NCBI RefSeq assembly: GCF_964204865.1
Contig: NC_135252.1
Span: forward strand, 5,704,001 to 5,768,000
Origin: Styela clava
Taxonomy: Eukaryota
Length of the DNA stretch: 64,000 bases
Direction: 5' to 3'
Each line of letters begins with the position of its first letter. Position 1 is the first letter of the stretch. The position numbers and the translations under genes were made by a program. Of this stretch, positions 28,101-41,754 are shown piece after piece. The notes under the pieces are model-generated. The model had not been told where the DNA came from and searched no databases. It worked only from the letters and a program-made list of their open reading frames with translations.

Positions 28101-30529
28101 TATAATTGAATTTCAATCAATTGATTTTCATCGTCTTACCTGTAATACTGCATGTGATTAATTTCTGCTTGAACGGCATATGAAAGAGTTTCAGCTCGTA
28201 ATTTAGCATTTTCAACATCATCCTCTGTGTATTTTCCTTCTAGCTGAAGACGCATCATTTCTCGTTGCTTGTCTATCGCACTCTTATTATTGCCAAGGAT
28301 AGTTGGGAAACACGCCATGATTCCTAAATTGTGAAAACACAGAACAAATTGTTAGTTGTAGTTACTAAGTGGACCGAGCTAAGTCTTAGAAACATGATTG
28401 CCATTGCACCTTTAATTATCCTGAAAGGGCCCCGCAGGTACAAACCCCATAGGTGACAATTATATGTGTCATAAAAACTAAAAAATGCTCCATATTTCAC
28501 CAACCATCAACTATTATATGATGCATATATCGCAGGTACCACAATCCACATTCTTTATATTACCAAATTCTTTGTATTAAATACAGTATTTTAGAAGAGT
28601 GAATCATTATTTATAACTCATTTTCGAGCAATGGGGTATTTGTGAAGTACAATTATTCGGTACTGCCCATTAGAACCTACATCAATGCATAGAAAATCTT
28701 CAGTAAATATTTTCTACCTTTATATTCATTGAGACCATCCAATAATGGATTCCAATCCTGTTTTGGTTGCTCTTGATACATCAACCCAATGTCCTCATAA
28801 GTTTTACCTGGAAGAATAGATTTAATTCAGCAATTTAATATACATAACTCTAATAAAACAATTCCAGTATCAGAAAAGGGCAGCCCGATCATGAACTATG
28901 ACAAGCACAATAATATTGCCGAATATATGGATACAGACTTATTCATTTGAGTGTACAAACTTTGGTTAAAAAAATTGCAATCTGGGTGTTATGGTATACA
29001 TATGACTTATATTGTCTCAGATTGCAAAGATCAGAATTAATCTGATTTCAGTTTTCCTGAATGGATTTGAAGGTTCATTTGAGCTACACTATTCCCATCA
29101 GTCACATTTAATTAGTTAGGCTACTTAATAAACTTTTATCAATATAATATAAATACACATATCCTCTTAATACATTTATTAATTACTATACTTTATACAT
29201 AAATATGATAGTATAATTCATAATTATACCTGTATGCTTTATTGCCTCTGTTAATGGTGCTGCATTTTGTCGCTTATCCATAGCAAATGAATCTCCTAAT
29301 GCTCCGAAACACTGTCCCATTTTCTGGTATTCTTGCATTAACGGACCTTGACATTTTCTTGAATAAGCAGCACCATGAGCAACAATTTGCTTTAATGATT
29401 CATCCATTGCCCTTGTAAACTGTGAATAGTATTGTAAAGTTTGCTCAGCAGTGGATAATTCCATTCTATTCTCAGTGACAGGTACAATAGTTGTACAAAA
29501 CGCTCCGCCAACAGCTGGGTCACTTTCAGCTTTTCGTTTTCCTTCCTTCCATGCCTTTTCTGAATCTTTTGAAACAAGAAAGTGTTGAAATACTTCTGAC
29601 TGGGATATGACTGGATGCAAAGACATTCTAGAAAGCCATCCTTGCAACTGGTGCATTCGTCCTTCTATGAATTCATCTTCATATCTCCCAGTAAGTTGCT
29701 TGTCTGGCAATGGAGGAACGGCAATAGTTACATTGAATTTCTTCACAAGCTGTTCCAACAACCAATCAAAGTGTTTGTAACGCCTCGATACAGTCTTCCC
29801 TGAATGGCTAGGTGTGATATTATACGTAATATAACTTTTGAACCCAGAAAACTTGCTCGCTTTTTGGGGATCAGATATAGTGCACGTGAAATGTTGCTGA
29901 GCAGTATTATCCCACATTGGACCATCCTCTGTTAAAACCATATGAATCTTAGGTTTAGATGATGTATCTGCTTTTATGTCACCCAATATAAAAGATTCAG
30001 CCGGAGTAACACTGAAAGCTGAAAAAATGTTTCCGGTGAGACTGCTGAATAATCCTGTATTTTTTGCATTCTTCTTGGGTGAGTCGCTCTCTGATGATTT
30101 TTTAGTTGATCCCTCTCGAGCAGGTGATGAGGCTATTGGTACAGGTTGAGAGGTAGCTGTTGGCGCTTGGGCTGAGTAGTTTTGAACACCCCATGACGCT
30201 TCCCACTCATCATCATCCCCACCATCATAAACTTCCTCGTGTTGTTGTTGATTATCTCCATTGTATGATGTAGTTTCTTGTGGTTCGGGTGGAGCATAGG
30301 ATTCATCATATTCTGCATCACCAACAGCACCATTGTCTTGCACCAATTCACAATACGCAGAAGGAAAAAGACCTACTGTTCCATCAGAAGCTTGACCCTC
30401 CCACCATCCTTCACCTACATCTGGATTGGTCAATGTCACAATATCTCCTTCACGAAGAGCCAGCTCGTGATTATCAACAATTCCATCAAACTCATACAAT
30501 ACTGTAACTTTATCTCCCACCTGAGCCAT
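25121..30529 (-). CDS. SH3-PX-BAR sorting nexin (SNX9/18/33 family), 562 aa
   Basis: Exons 29230-30529, 28718-28807, 28140-28323, 25121-25235 (1689 nt). SH3 (VLYEFDG...ELAL...GEGWWEG...GLFPSAY), PX (SRRYKHFDWL...PPLPDKQLTGRYEDEFIE) and BAR end (YAVQAEINH...DFAAYMKSFVQQQVVFYQNIVSKL). Confidence 0.95.
27209..27399. mobile_element. Tc1/mariner-type MITE in the last SNX intron
   Basis: TA-CAGGGTGTCCA ... TGGACACCCCA-TA. Confidence 0.7.
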
Positions 30530-30939
30530 ACTGATTTTACAAAGATTGCTACTTATTTATAGATGTTATTTAAAAAATAAACCTATTTCTATGATGCAAC
30601 ACAATATATAAGTAAAAGTGCTCTCACTTCTCTTTACAGTTTTAACACATATGGACATAGCTAATACATGGCATGAAAAAATTTAAGTTTTCATAGCACA
30701 AATTTTAACCAAACTATCAACCTTGGATAGCCCAAAAAGTGTGACTAGGCATAAACTAGACTGAAGAGAAGATCTAACTTAAAACCATAGAGTAAAAAAA
30801 CCACAACCACAACATTCAATTTTAAATATCATTACACTGTTACAATTGTACAACCAGTGAATGCCATAGTAATTTTCACGACTGAAATCAAGGCCGATAT
30901 ATTTAATAGAAAACAGGATAAGCCAGTTAAACTGACTCG

Positions 30940-31263
30940 ACGGTGCGGCGCATTGTGATAAGCGTTAGGATTAAGCTTGCCACATCATTTCTGATTACCC
31001 TGCATGGCTTCACAGGTACGAATCCTGTAGGGTATAATTATGTGCGAGAGGATTGCTGGACTCATCATAGCCGTAGGGTGATTCACGTAACCAATGGTCA
31101 CCATCAAGTCCATGCAACTGACAACAAAGAAATAACTGGCTAACTAATCCCATACTGACATGCCCGACATGGACTCGTATCCGGACGAGATGCTGTGGTG
31201 TGCCATACTTCCATATGACAGTATGATCAAGCTGTATTATCGGCTTTCCCATTCCCTGGAATT
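30940..31263 (+). mobile_element. Degenerate full-length tRNA-derived SINE
   Basis: A-box-like GGTGCGGCGCATTGTG and B-box-like GGTACGAATCC; the 3' tail (AACTAATCCCATAC...GGACGAGA...TTATCGGCTTTCC) recurs at 52395-52502 (-), 55375-55445 (+) and 56528-56590 (-). Confidence 0.65.
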
Positions 31264-31396
31264 TCTCCTTCTATCTAAGTGTGATAATGACAATCCCAAT
31301 AGTAATCAAGCATATTGTTCTAAGAATTTAAATATACAGATATAGTTCCAGTAACAATAGACTGTTAGAAAAGAGATTTGCATAATACAGGTAGAC

Positions 31397-31560
31397 GGGT
31401 CTTGTGTGGTTTCTTACCACAATAACTTTTAGTGTAGCATATGCAGTATATGATGTGATTATGAGTTGTGACAACGTAGTGACATAATTTTCGGATGACT
31501 TAGTCAGGTGGGGGTTAGGAATAACACAAGCAAAAAAGGTTTTATGCCCAGCCCACTAGA
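31397..31560. mobile_element. Degenerate copy of the 3797-4457 MITE family
   Basis: Shares GTGACATAATTTT(T/C)GGATG...AGTCAGGTGGGGGTTAGGA...GCCCACTAGA. Confidence 0.7.
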
Positions 31561-33891
31561 CTAATATTGTTACTTTTGTAAGTTTGTTTAACAATTATTA
31601 TTCTCACACAAATTTTGCTTTTTCCAGGGGCATGCTTGTCAGCTTGGAAAATTCCAGTGATTAATAACCACATTCTGACATTCAATATTGCGATGATACA
31701 ACTCAGCAATACCTGAATACTGCACTAACCTGATACAGTGATAAGTAAACATTATCAAACCATTGTCTGTTGGTCAGTCCTGGTCTATTGTGATCTTCTG
31801 CTATTTCTGTATTCTGATACCTGTAGGCCTATATCATTCTTCGACTTATACAGGATTGCGTGTGAGATCTCATACTTTCATCTCTGCATTGAGGCATTTG
31901 TTCGCCTGCTACTGCTACACCACCAATTGCCGCTAAATTAATTTCGGATATTACTTCAATTCATGATAGTTACGGCTGACTTGATTTGTGAAAATGAAAT
32001 CTACTGATATTTCTTCTCTGACAGTTCATCCGACATCGGTCGCGTCATGAGAACATTTGCAGAACTGCGATTCCAGGCGCCCACCAACTTGCTCAAAACT
32101 GCAGAAACTAGTTCTGTTGCAAGCAGGGGTGGTTATCCGGATAATGCTGATCGGTTGAACTGGATTTTTTATTACCTTTTGAAACAACAACAAGGAATGG
32201 AAAAATACAAAGAATACCAACAACAACATAATAACAAAACGTACGTTCCGTATCCAATAAATAGAAGTAAGGTTAGCAAAATGCGATAACAGCTGTAAAA
32301 ATATTCCGCTGAAAATTCAACTGGAAATTTTGTAGACTCTTCCTTACGAAACTTCGGCTGTGTTACGACATTTCAACGTAATTATTTGATCAGTTCATCA
32401 TCAATCGATCAGTTCAATCAATTGTAATCGATGTTCTAACTATCCGGTTAACGGGTTAACTGACCAGATAAAATACAAATATACGAATACATATATCAGT
32501 TATCCTAATTTTATTTATAGTTAAAGTTTATTTTTGCGCAAACATAAAGTTAAAACAGGCAAATGGGGAGACACCTGGAACTCGTCCAACACCTGTAATC
32601 AATTCAAAACGTAATATGCCTAATGTGCAGTTCAGCGTTCGTCAAAATTAGATAGACTTGTCCAAAAATCAATAGATATGTAAATCCTATCGTATCCAGA
32701 TCCCTAGTCACAAGTCAAATCTAGTCACTACCGTTTCTGATTATACTAGATTTTATAAACAATCGTGAAATGTATAAAAAGGAGTATATACTACTACGGT
32801 TAAGCCAATCTTATTTTGAAAATCATAAGTAGTTACGTTGGCATCAATAAGGCCTATTCCAAGTGGGGTTGGGATTCTGGGGGAGAATTGAAAATTTCAA
32901 GATCACAATTTTCTGGGATTAAACAAATTTGAAAAAAGTAGGCTACTAACATAAGCTGAAAATTTGATAAGTACACACATTTATTTCCTGTCAGAAGGAT
33001 GTTTCTCCAACCCTTGACCTCATAAATATTTTTCGATTCTTATTTTGTAAGATTGCGCTCACAAACCAGTTTGAATTTTCATAAAAATAATTTTGTTTCA
33101 AACTATTTAGCCATCCGCTATTCGAAATGATAGCTGACGGCTAGTCTATTGAAAAAATTTTTGGATTTACGTTTAGTTAACTGCAATTAAACTGAAACTC
33201 CACGAAAGACCAAAATGACCATTGAGTTATTTTATTTATACCCAAGTTTTGGAATCACAATTAAAAAATGACAAATAAATAGCAAAAACCACGAAAACGA
33301 TGTAAGCCTATATCGCCATGCCTGAAATTCTGTCTTTGTGAGTAGTCTCTGAGCGGATTTCTAATGTTACAGAAGTAAACAAGAAAGCCGGTGACATCGT
33401 ATCCTTATATAAAAGTTGTTTGGACTCGTCATTATAATCGGAAAAACTTTGGATGAAAGAAAAGTGATTTTATTAAAATTAAAAAATAATATTTTTGAAT
33501 TTATTTTCAAAAAATCATTAGCAGACACTATTACACATATATATCTTAAAACAAACGCTGCTATTTTACTGCTGGGTAAATATATTATTTTAATTTAAGT
33601 ATCCGTATTTATTCAAATTACTTATTCGTGTTTACAAGCAAATTCAAATATAATAAAATTTTAGTATTGACCACAATTGATTTAAGTTCAATGTCTAAAT
33701 CTTAGTATATATTGATCCGACGAGCTAAATATTACAACACAAATTGTAATTACGAGTTCAATCGTATATCATCGTATATGATAAAATGGATCAAAAAAAT
33801 ATGCGTAAAATGGAATATATATATATATGTGAAACAAAATATAGAAAAATAACCGAAAAAACATTAGTAATCCGGAGGTATCAAAAAGTTG

Positions 33892-36800
33892 TCAGTTTTC
33901 CGTAGGATGATCCCATCTTATCATGGTATGATATAAAGACACATTTGCGGCACTCATTACTGTCGTATATGTTGTTTCTGAGTTAAATACCGGAGGTGTC
34001 GACATAACCTGAAAAATACACATTTTGCCGAACAAGCGTATATATCAGACACGTTCTTACCATAAAATAAATCGATAACAAAATAATATTGATTTAATTG
34101 ACTAAAACAGACCTTATAAAGATTATCAGGATTCATTTTATCTTGTCCAAATTCACTCATGGATTTTACTGCAGCATCTCTCCTGTGATCTGTTGAAGGT
34201 GGCGTCTTCCAAGGGTCGTAGTTTGTTTCAACAACAAACCATCTGTGATAATAGTGATAATTAGACTGGCAGCGACAAAGTTTACTAAATTCTAGATGAT
34301 CAGAATAAAATTCGCTTTAAATAAAAAGCAAATACATTAATTAGGATATATATTATCGTTAAGTCCAGTGGCCCCAGAAGGTGAGTTTCCAAATAAAATT
34401 GCAAATAAAAAATGTATCAGCTTTCTTACACTCACTTATGAGAAGTATCTATCATCCTCGTAACATTGACTGCTCCCCATCGATCCCGAACTACTATGGC
34501 CCCTTCTTGTGGTTTCAGTCCACCCACTATGAAATAAATCGGTGCAATGGTCTTTGCGTTTTGTAGCATGTCTATTGCAGATTCATAGTTATCAGCCTTT
34601 GTAACGACCTATGAAATCAGTATATATTTCGTTGTAATTTAATCACCAAAGGAGAAAATTCCCTACTAAATATGGAAAAAAGTGATTGCTATTACAGGAC
34701 CTTTTATATATTTGTGAATCAATGTCAATAAATTGCATCAAATCGTTTTTTGCAATAGAACATACTTCTCTTGCCATCAGCATTGTGGGCCATGATTTTT
34801 CCAAGGCGGCCAAAATATTCTCCCATAGAAACCCAGTGTTACGCTGATCTCCAGACAGGGAAAATTTGTTTGGCTTTGCTGCCGTCAACAACCCGACATA
34901 GCCAACGTATGTTGTTCCAATAAATACAGTCTGCGAAACAACTTACAGTAAATGTTTGCTATGCCTATGAATTAAAAGTACTGTTAAAAAATTTGCAAAG
35001 TTACAGCAGTTTTAAGCATAGCCAATAGTTTAATGAACAACTCTTAATTTATTTGTGTATTTTGTGTAGTTAGTGGGAAGCACTTAATTCACAAACCGCC
35101 GCTGTAAGATATTGTAAAAAAATATCACGGAGGAAAATATATGATGGGAAGCAGGTTTGAGTATATACATATGTTTTGAGTAGTGTTTGCAACTGTCTTA
35201 TGTTGTTCACAGGTGTTTACATAATAAGGTCGCAATAAAGGTCATGCTACAGTAAGTATTACAATATTTCAATAATTAAAGTGATGACACAAGTGAAACA
35301 ATCTAATTGTATGCATTGGTGATAAAGGAAGTTTCATTAAACCAAGCTCAAATCTTGGTGCGTAACATGCAGTATAAATATCCATATTTCAACATAAATC
35401 ATTAAATATGAAAATGTTTGGTTTTAGCATAATATTTCTTTAGTGCAGGGTAAAGATTTATGCCATCATCATATTTACATTTTAAATATTTTTTTTATTT
35501 ACACTTTCAGAAATATAAGACAAAGATGGCAAATGAATAAAACTATAAATTTGAGTTGGGTTGCGCGAGACTAACTTCCTATCTTTTCTCTATGCCTTTA
35601 TGCTAGTGGATCCGTATGCGTATACTGCAAGGATAACGTAGCTGGAATAAATATGACTATTCTATTCAATTAAAGAGTCCAGCTGCACACTAACACAAAT
35701 GTATTTCTGTAACGTTTCGTCCGACCAGAGTCAGACTTCCTCAGACAAGCAGTTTACAACAATGGCTCTGTTGGCTGTTGGCTTGTCTGAGGAAGTCTGA
35801 CTCTGGTCGGACGAAACGTTACAGAAATACATTTGTGTTAGTATGCAGCTGGACTCTTTAATTGAATAGAAGAAAAATACTATGATTGTTTTTCCAGAAT
35901 ATGAACAATAGAAAATAATCGATGGTTGTAATTTCTATTTTAACCTGAATTTTTTTAGATTTAATTGATACAATATTAAAAAATCAACCAACTTCTCCAC
36001 TTTTGTGAAATTCTATCTCGGCAGTTATCTTCCGCAATTCATCTCCAAGTACGTAGTCAAGATTTCTCGCGTGAATTAGCCCACCATTTTCATCAACTGT
36101 GACAATGCTTGTACAAGCTCGACCCCTACATTGAAAAATATCGTGCTTTAATAAATTGTAAACAGCTAATATCAAGCAAAAATATTTACGACTTAATCTT
36201 ACTTGAAACGATTTGAATTCCATGCTGATAGGTCATAAGCTAGGTTTTCTAGTACGAGGTCGCCCAATTTCATGTTGTAAAAGTTACTGATTCCTCGTAT
36301 TTCATCGCCATATGGATGAGGAAAATATCTTTCGAGATCTTTAGCTATTACTTCAGCCAAAGCAATCAATTCCTCGTTTTTGACGTATTCTCTGGATACA
36401 AACAAATAGTTTTTATAGGCTAACCTATCACAATTGATTAAATTTACTTCCATAATGTCAAACAATGACATTCAAGAAGCGAGACTCATAAAATTAATGT
36501 CGTTATTGCGATTTTTATTCCGTGTTTTGTGCAGAAGTTTGATGTTTACCCCCAAGAATATTTTGCGCTCTAATGAGCCAGCTTCCCGGAAGTTACTTCA
36601 ACTTAAATAAAACTGAAAGCTACGTGGTTTTGATATTTCTATTGGGATTTATACACAGTTTTACGTAACTAAAATGTTGCATAATTTTGTACATACGTTT
36701 CAATTTTGTTTCAATGATATAGGAACGGTGTATAGGAATATATATATATATATTCTCTATCCGGCTAATTTTAGTTTTACGAATGTGATCAAGTCATATA

Positions 36801-37256
36801 GCATGAGAATATTTACTTCAGAAGTGTGTCCATTACATCTCGCAGAAGAGATACATCAAAATTCTTCAATACGGGTTCCCACCTGAACAAAATGTTTCAT
36901 CTTAAAAATTGAATTAACGCCGAACAAATTTTTTTAACGTTACTTATTTTATAAAGTTCATTATAACGAGGAATCAATTCCATGCTAAGCACTTTGCAAT
37001 ATCCTGTTGGATATATTAAACGAACAAGAGATTCGAATGAAATTAAAATCCTCTCAGTAGCACAGACCAAACAATAGCCGTTGGTAATGTAATTCGATCA
37101 GATTTACATAATGTTAGCCTACCTTTCCAATGGATCGGCGTCTAAATTTACTTTGAAACGTTTGGCTGGCAGTGCGTCTTTGCACGTAGAGCTTTTCCAG
37201 AGACACAAAGCGATGACAAACACATTTAGGAAGCCCGAAAATCTCATTTCTAACAT
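33892..37256 (-). CDS. NAAA: N-acylethanolamine acid amidase / acid ceramidase family Ntn-hydrolase, copy A
   Basis: 8 in-phase exons; signal peptide MLEMRFSGFLNVFVIALCLW, VNLDADPLERW, nucleophile motif CTSIV...HARNLDY, GYVGLLT, APIYFIVGG, WFVVETNYDPW, DHRR, PVFNSETTYTTVMSA. Confidence 0.9.
35660..35871. repeat. Near-perfect palindrome (91-bp arms, 1 mismatch, 30-nt loop), probably an inverted Penelope-like pseudo-LTR fragment
   Basis: 35660-35750 is the reverse complement of 35781-35871; absent from the paralogous intron of copy B. Confidence 0.9.
35784..35823 (+). ncRNA. Minimal type I hammerhead ribozyme motif (mirror copy on - strand at 35708-35747)
   Basis: UGU-CUGAGGA-A-GUCUGAC(UCUG)GUCGGAC-GAAACGUU-ACA: CUGANGA and GAAA boxes, 7-bp stem II, palindromic ACGU stem III, 3-4 bp stem I. 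Confidence 0.7.
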
Positions 37257-38423
37257 TTGTTATTTTTGTATGACAGTTGTACCTACTCTGTGATATCAGA
37301 AAGAGTTCGCTACCACAGTAAATAAATATTGCAGACAGACAGTGAAAGTAGTAAAGAGTGAAAACTAATTGTCAATGCTGTTGTAATAAAAAAAAATGGC
37401 CATTCCACCGCTTTCACTCAAAAACTCCTTCTTTACAATGTTTTCCGCCTGGATATCTTGTGAAAGATATCTTAAAATCCTCCAGAAATAGACGTACAAA
37501 GTGACTATTTGTAAAATAAGACGCTAGCCCAGAAAACCACAATCAATACGATAAAAGTATATTTTTTTTGTACATAGCCTAGTCATCACGGGCATCACGC
37601 TTTGTTGTATTGATCTCCAAAGCCGGTTAAAAGTTCATTTTGAGACGCATTCAGTGCAATGCTTTATGATTATAGAAGAGAGCAATGCTCAAATATATGA
37701 ACACGTAAGCTAATTTTAAATTTAAATGACGTCATCGGACAAAAAAAAAATTCTTACAGAGTCCACAGAGTTTTTTTGAATAAATTTTTTCACAAAAAGA
37801 AGAATTCTAACAAGATATTCATCATTAGTAAGCTACTAACATAAACTGAAAATTTGATAAGTACACACATTTATTTCCTGTCAGATGGATGTTTCTCCGA
37901 CCCTTGACCGCATAAATATTTTTCGATTCTCATTTTGTAAGATTGCGTTCACAAACCAGTTTGAATGTTTATAAACATAATGTTGCTTCAAACCATCTAG
38001 CCACTTGTCATTTACAATGATACCTGACTGCTAGTCTATTGAAGAATTTTTTGGACTTACGTTTGGTTAACTACAATTCAACCAACTGAAACTCCACGAA
38101 AGACTCAAATGACCATTGAGTTCTTTTATTTATACCTAAGTTTTGGAATCACAATTAAATTGCAATTCAAGTTTACAATCACATTCGCATATAGTGAAAC
38201 TTTGAAATAAACCACAATTGATTTAATTAAATAACTAAATCTTAGTATTAATTGGACGAGTGAAATATTAATTAACACGTGAATTAAAATTAGTGGTCAC
38301 GTCTTATATCATCGAATATGATCAAATGGATCAAAAATTATGCGTAAAATAGAATATATATTTGGAACAAAATATAAAAAGATCAGAAAGAAAATTAGTA
38401 AGATCAACAATCAAAAAAGTTTA

Positions 38424-41400
38424 TCAGTTTTCCGTAGGGTGATCCCATCTTATCATGGTATGATATAAAGACATATTTGCAGCACTCATCACTGTCGTAT
38501 ATGTTGTCTCTGAGTTAAATACAGGAGGTGTCGACATAACCTAAAATATATATATAAATACATTTTGCCGAACAAACGTATCGGAAACGTTTTTACCATA
38601 AAACAAATCGATACCAAAATAATATTGATTTAATTGACTCAAACATACCTTATAAAGATTATCAGGATTCATTTTGTCTTGTCCAAACTCATTCATAGAT
38701 TTTACAGCAGCATCTCTCCTGTCGTCTGTTGGAGGTGGGGGCTTCCAAGGGTCGTAGTTTGTTTCAACGACAAACCATCTGTGATAATTATGATCATTAG
38801 ACTGACAGTGAAAAAGTTTATTTAATTCTAGAATCTAGATGATACCAATAAAATTCGCTTCAAAACCAAAACCAAACACATTAATTACAATATTATCGTT
38901 GAGTCCAGTGGTATCAGAAGGTAAGTTTCCAAATAAAATTGCAAATAAAGAATGAAGCTATCTTTTACTTACTTATGAGAAGTATCTATCATCCTTGTAA
39001 CATTGACTGCTCCCCATCTATCCCGAACTACTATGGCACCTTCTTGTGGTTTCAGTCCACCCACTATGAAATACATTGGTGCTATTGTCTTTGCGTTTTG
39101 TAGCATTTCTATTGCAGATTCATAGTTTTCAGCGTTTGTTATGACCTATAAAATAAGTATATAATTTCATTGTAATTCATTCACCAAAAGAAAAAATTTC
39201 TGACTAACTATGGAAAAAACTTAGCTAGCAAGGTAAAAATTTGACTGCAGAAGATATTTCAAGACAGTTTTATATAAAACTATTATTTATCAAAATAAAC
39301 CGTAACTTATATATGACAATAATTTCCATTTTTGTTCACTTTGAACCGTTGCACATTTGATGCCCAAATTCATACAAATGTTCCAAATTGTTGTTACAGG
39401 ACCTACTATGTTATGCGAATAAAACGAAAGTAGATATACTTAGCGGAAAATAATGCTTTCGTTAATGAGACAAATATTAATTTGCAAACCATTTTATGAT
39501 TGCTCTAAAGCCTATAATAAACATATATCTTAAAATGATGCCGGAAACGAATTACATGCAATAATTCGATTTGTATATTTAAATAAAAAATTAAATACAA
39601 TCGTTTTCGCAATACAATGAGTAATCGTGTTTATATAAATACTCGTTTTCAGAACATACTTCTCTTGCCATCAGCATTGTGGGCCATGATTTTTCCAAGG
39701 CGGCCAAAATATTCTCCCATAGAAACCCAGTGTTGCGCTGATCCCCAGTCAGGGAGAATTTGTTTGGTTTTGCTGCCGTCAACAATCCGACATAACCAAC
39801 GTATGTTGTTCCAATAAATACAGTCTGCAAAACAACTTACAGTAATTGTTTGCTATATATATGTTAAAATACTGTTAAAAAAATTGAAAAATTACAGCAT
39901 TTTCAGCTTAGCCAATAGTGTAATGAACAACTTTTAATCAGTGTGTGTATTTTTGTAGTTGGTTGAAAGAACCTACTTCACAAACTGACGCCGTGCTTTA
40001 AAGTAGAATATTGTTAAAAAATCACGATGGAGATTTTAGGCTGGGAGTTAGGGTTTAGTATATATTATGAGTAGTGTTCGCAACTACCTTTCATGTTGTT
40101 CATAAGTGTTTGAATGACAAGGTTGTAATAAAGGTCACGATACAGTAAGTATTACAATATTATAATAATTGAAGTGGTGAACAAGTGAAACAATCGAATT
40201 GTGTGCTTTGATGATAAATCAGATTTCATCAAGTAAAAGCTTAATCGACTGTGCGCAACATGCAGTAATAAATATCCCTATATCAACATAAATCATTAAA
40301 TATAGAAATATTTGTATTTAACATATTTGCTTCAGCGAAGAGTTTTACAACATAATCATATTTAGATTTCAAAGATATTTCTGATTTACACTTTCAGAGA
40401 AATGAGACAACGATGAAAGAATAAATGATAATATACGATTGTATTCCAGAATATGAAGAATAGAAAATAATATTCGATGGTTGTTATTTCTATTTTAACC
40501 TCAAGTTTTCTATATTTGAGATACAATATTGAAAATCAACCAACTTCTCCGTTTTTGTGAAATTCTATCTCGGCAATTATATTCCGCAATTCATCTCCAA
40601 CTACGTAGTCAAGATTTCTCGCGTGAATTAGTCCACCATTTTCATCAACTGTGACAATGCTTGTACAAGCTCGACCCCTGCAATGAAAAAAGCGCACATT
40701 AATCAATTGTAAAAGCTGATATCAAGCAAAAATATTTACGACTTAATCTTACTTGAAACGATTTGAATTCCATGCTGATAGGTCATAAGCTAGGTTTCCT
40801 AGAACGAGGTCGCCCAATTTCATATTGTAAAAATTACTGATTCCACGTATTTCATCGCCATATGGATAAGGAAAATATCTGTCGAGATCTTTCCCTATTA
40901 CCTCAGCCAAAGCAATCAATTCCTTGTTTTTGACGTATTCTCTGGATACAAAATTAAATGAATAGTTATGACTCATCACAGTCAATTAATTTTACTTTTT
41001 TACTGGGTTTTGTGCAGAAGTTTGATGTTTCACCAGAAATATTTCGCGCTCTAATGAGCCAGCTTTTCGAAAGTCACGGCAAAAAGCTACGTGATTTTGG
41101 TATTTCTATTGGAATTTATATACAGCTTTTCCTGTAACTACAATGCTGCATAATTTTGTACAAACGATTTCGTGATAATTGCATATCACAATAAATTCAC
41201 TTTTGTTTCAATGGTAGAAGCGGTATAGGAATATATATATATACTTATCGGGCTAATTTTAGTTTCACGAATGTGATCAAACCATAATGCACACAAATAT
41301 TTACTTCAGAAGTGTGTCCATAACATCTTGCAGAAGAGATACATCAAAATTCTTCAATACGGGTTCCCACCTGAACAAAATGTTTTATTTTAAAAATCGA

Positions 41401-41754
41401 ATTAACGCCGAACAAATTTTTTCGACGTTACTTATTTTATAAAGTTCATTATAACGAGGAAATAATTTCATGCTAAGCACTTTGCAGTATCCTGTTGGAT
41501 ATATTAAACGAACAAAGGATTCGAATGAAATTAAAATCATCTCAGTTTATCTCAATAGTACAGACCAAACAATAGCCGTTAGTAATGTAATTCGATCAGA
41601 GTTACATAATGTTAGCCTACCTTTCCAATGGATCGGCGTCTAAATTTACTTTGAAACGCTTCGCTGGCAGTGCATCTTTGCACGTAGCGCTTTTCAAAAG
41701 ACACAGAGCGATGGCAAACACATATAAGAAGCCCGAAAATTTCATTTCTAACAT
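38424..41754 (-). CDS. NAAA: NAAA/acid ceramidase family amidase, copy B
   Basis: Same 8-exon structure as copy A, intact frame and CTSIV...HARNLDY motif. Confidence 0.9.

Noticed and set aside
30940-31030. tRNA-like A/B boxes
   Set aside because: No convincing cloverleaf, and it continues into a repeated body, so it is a SINE head.
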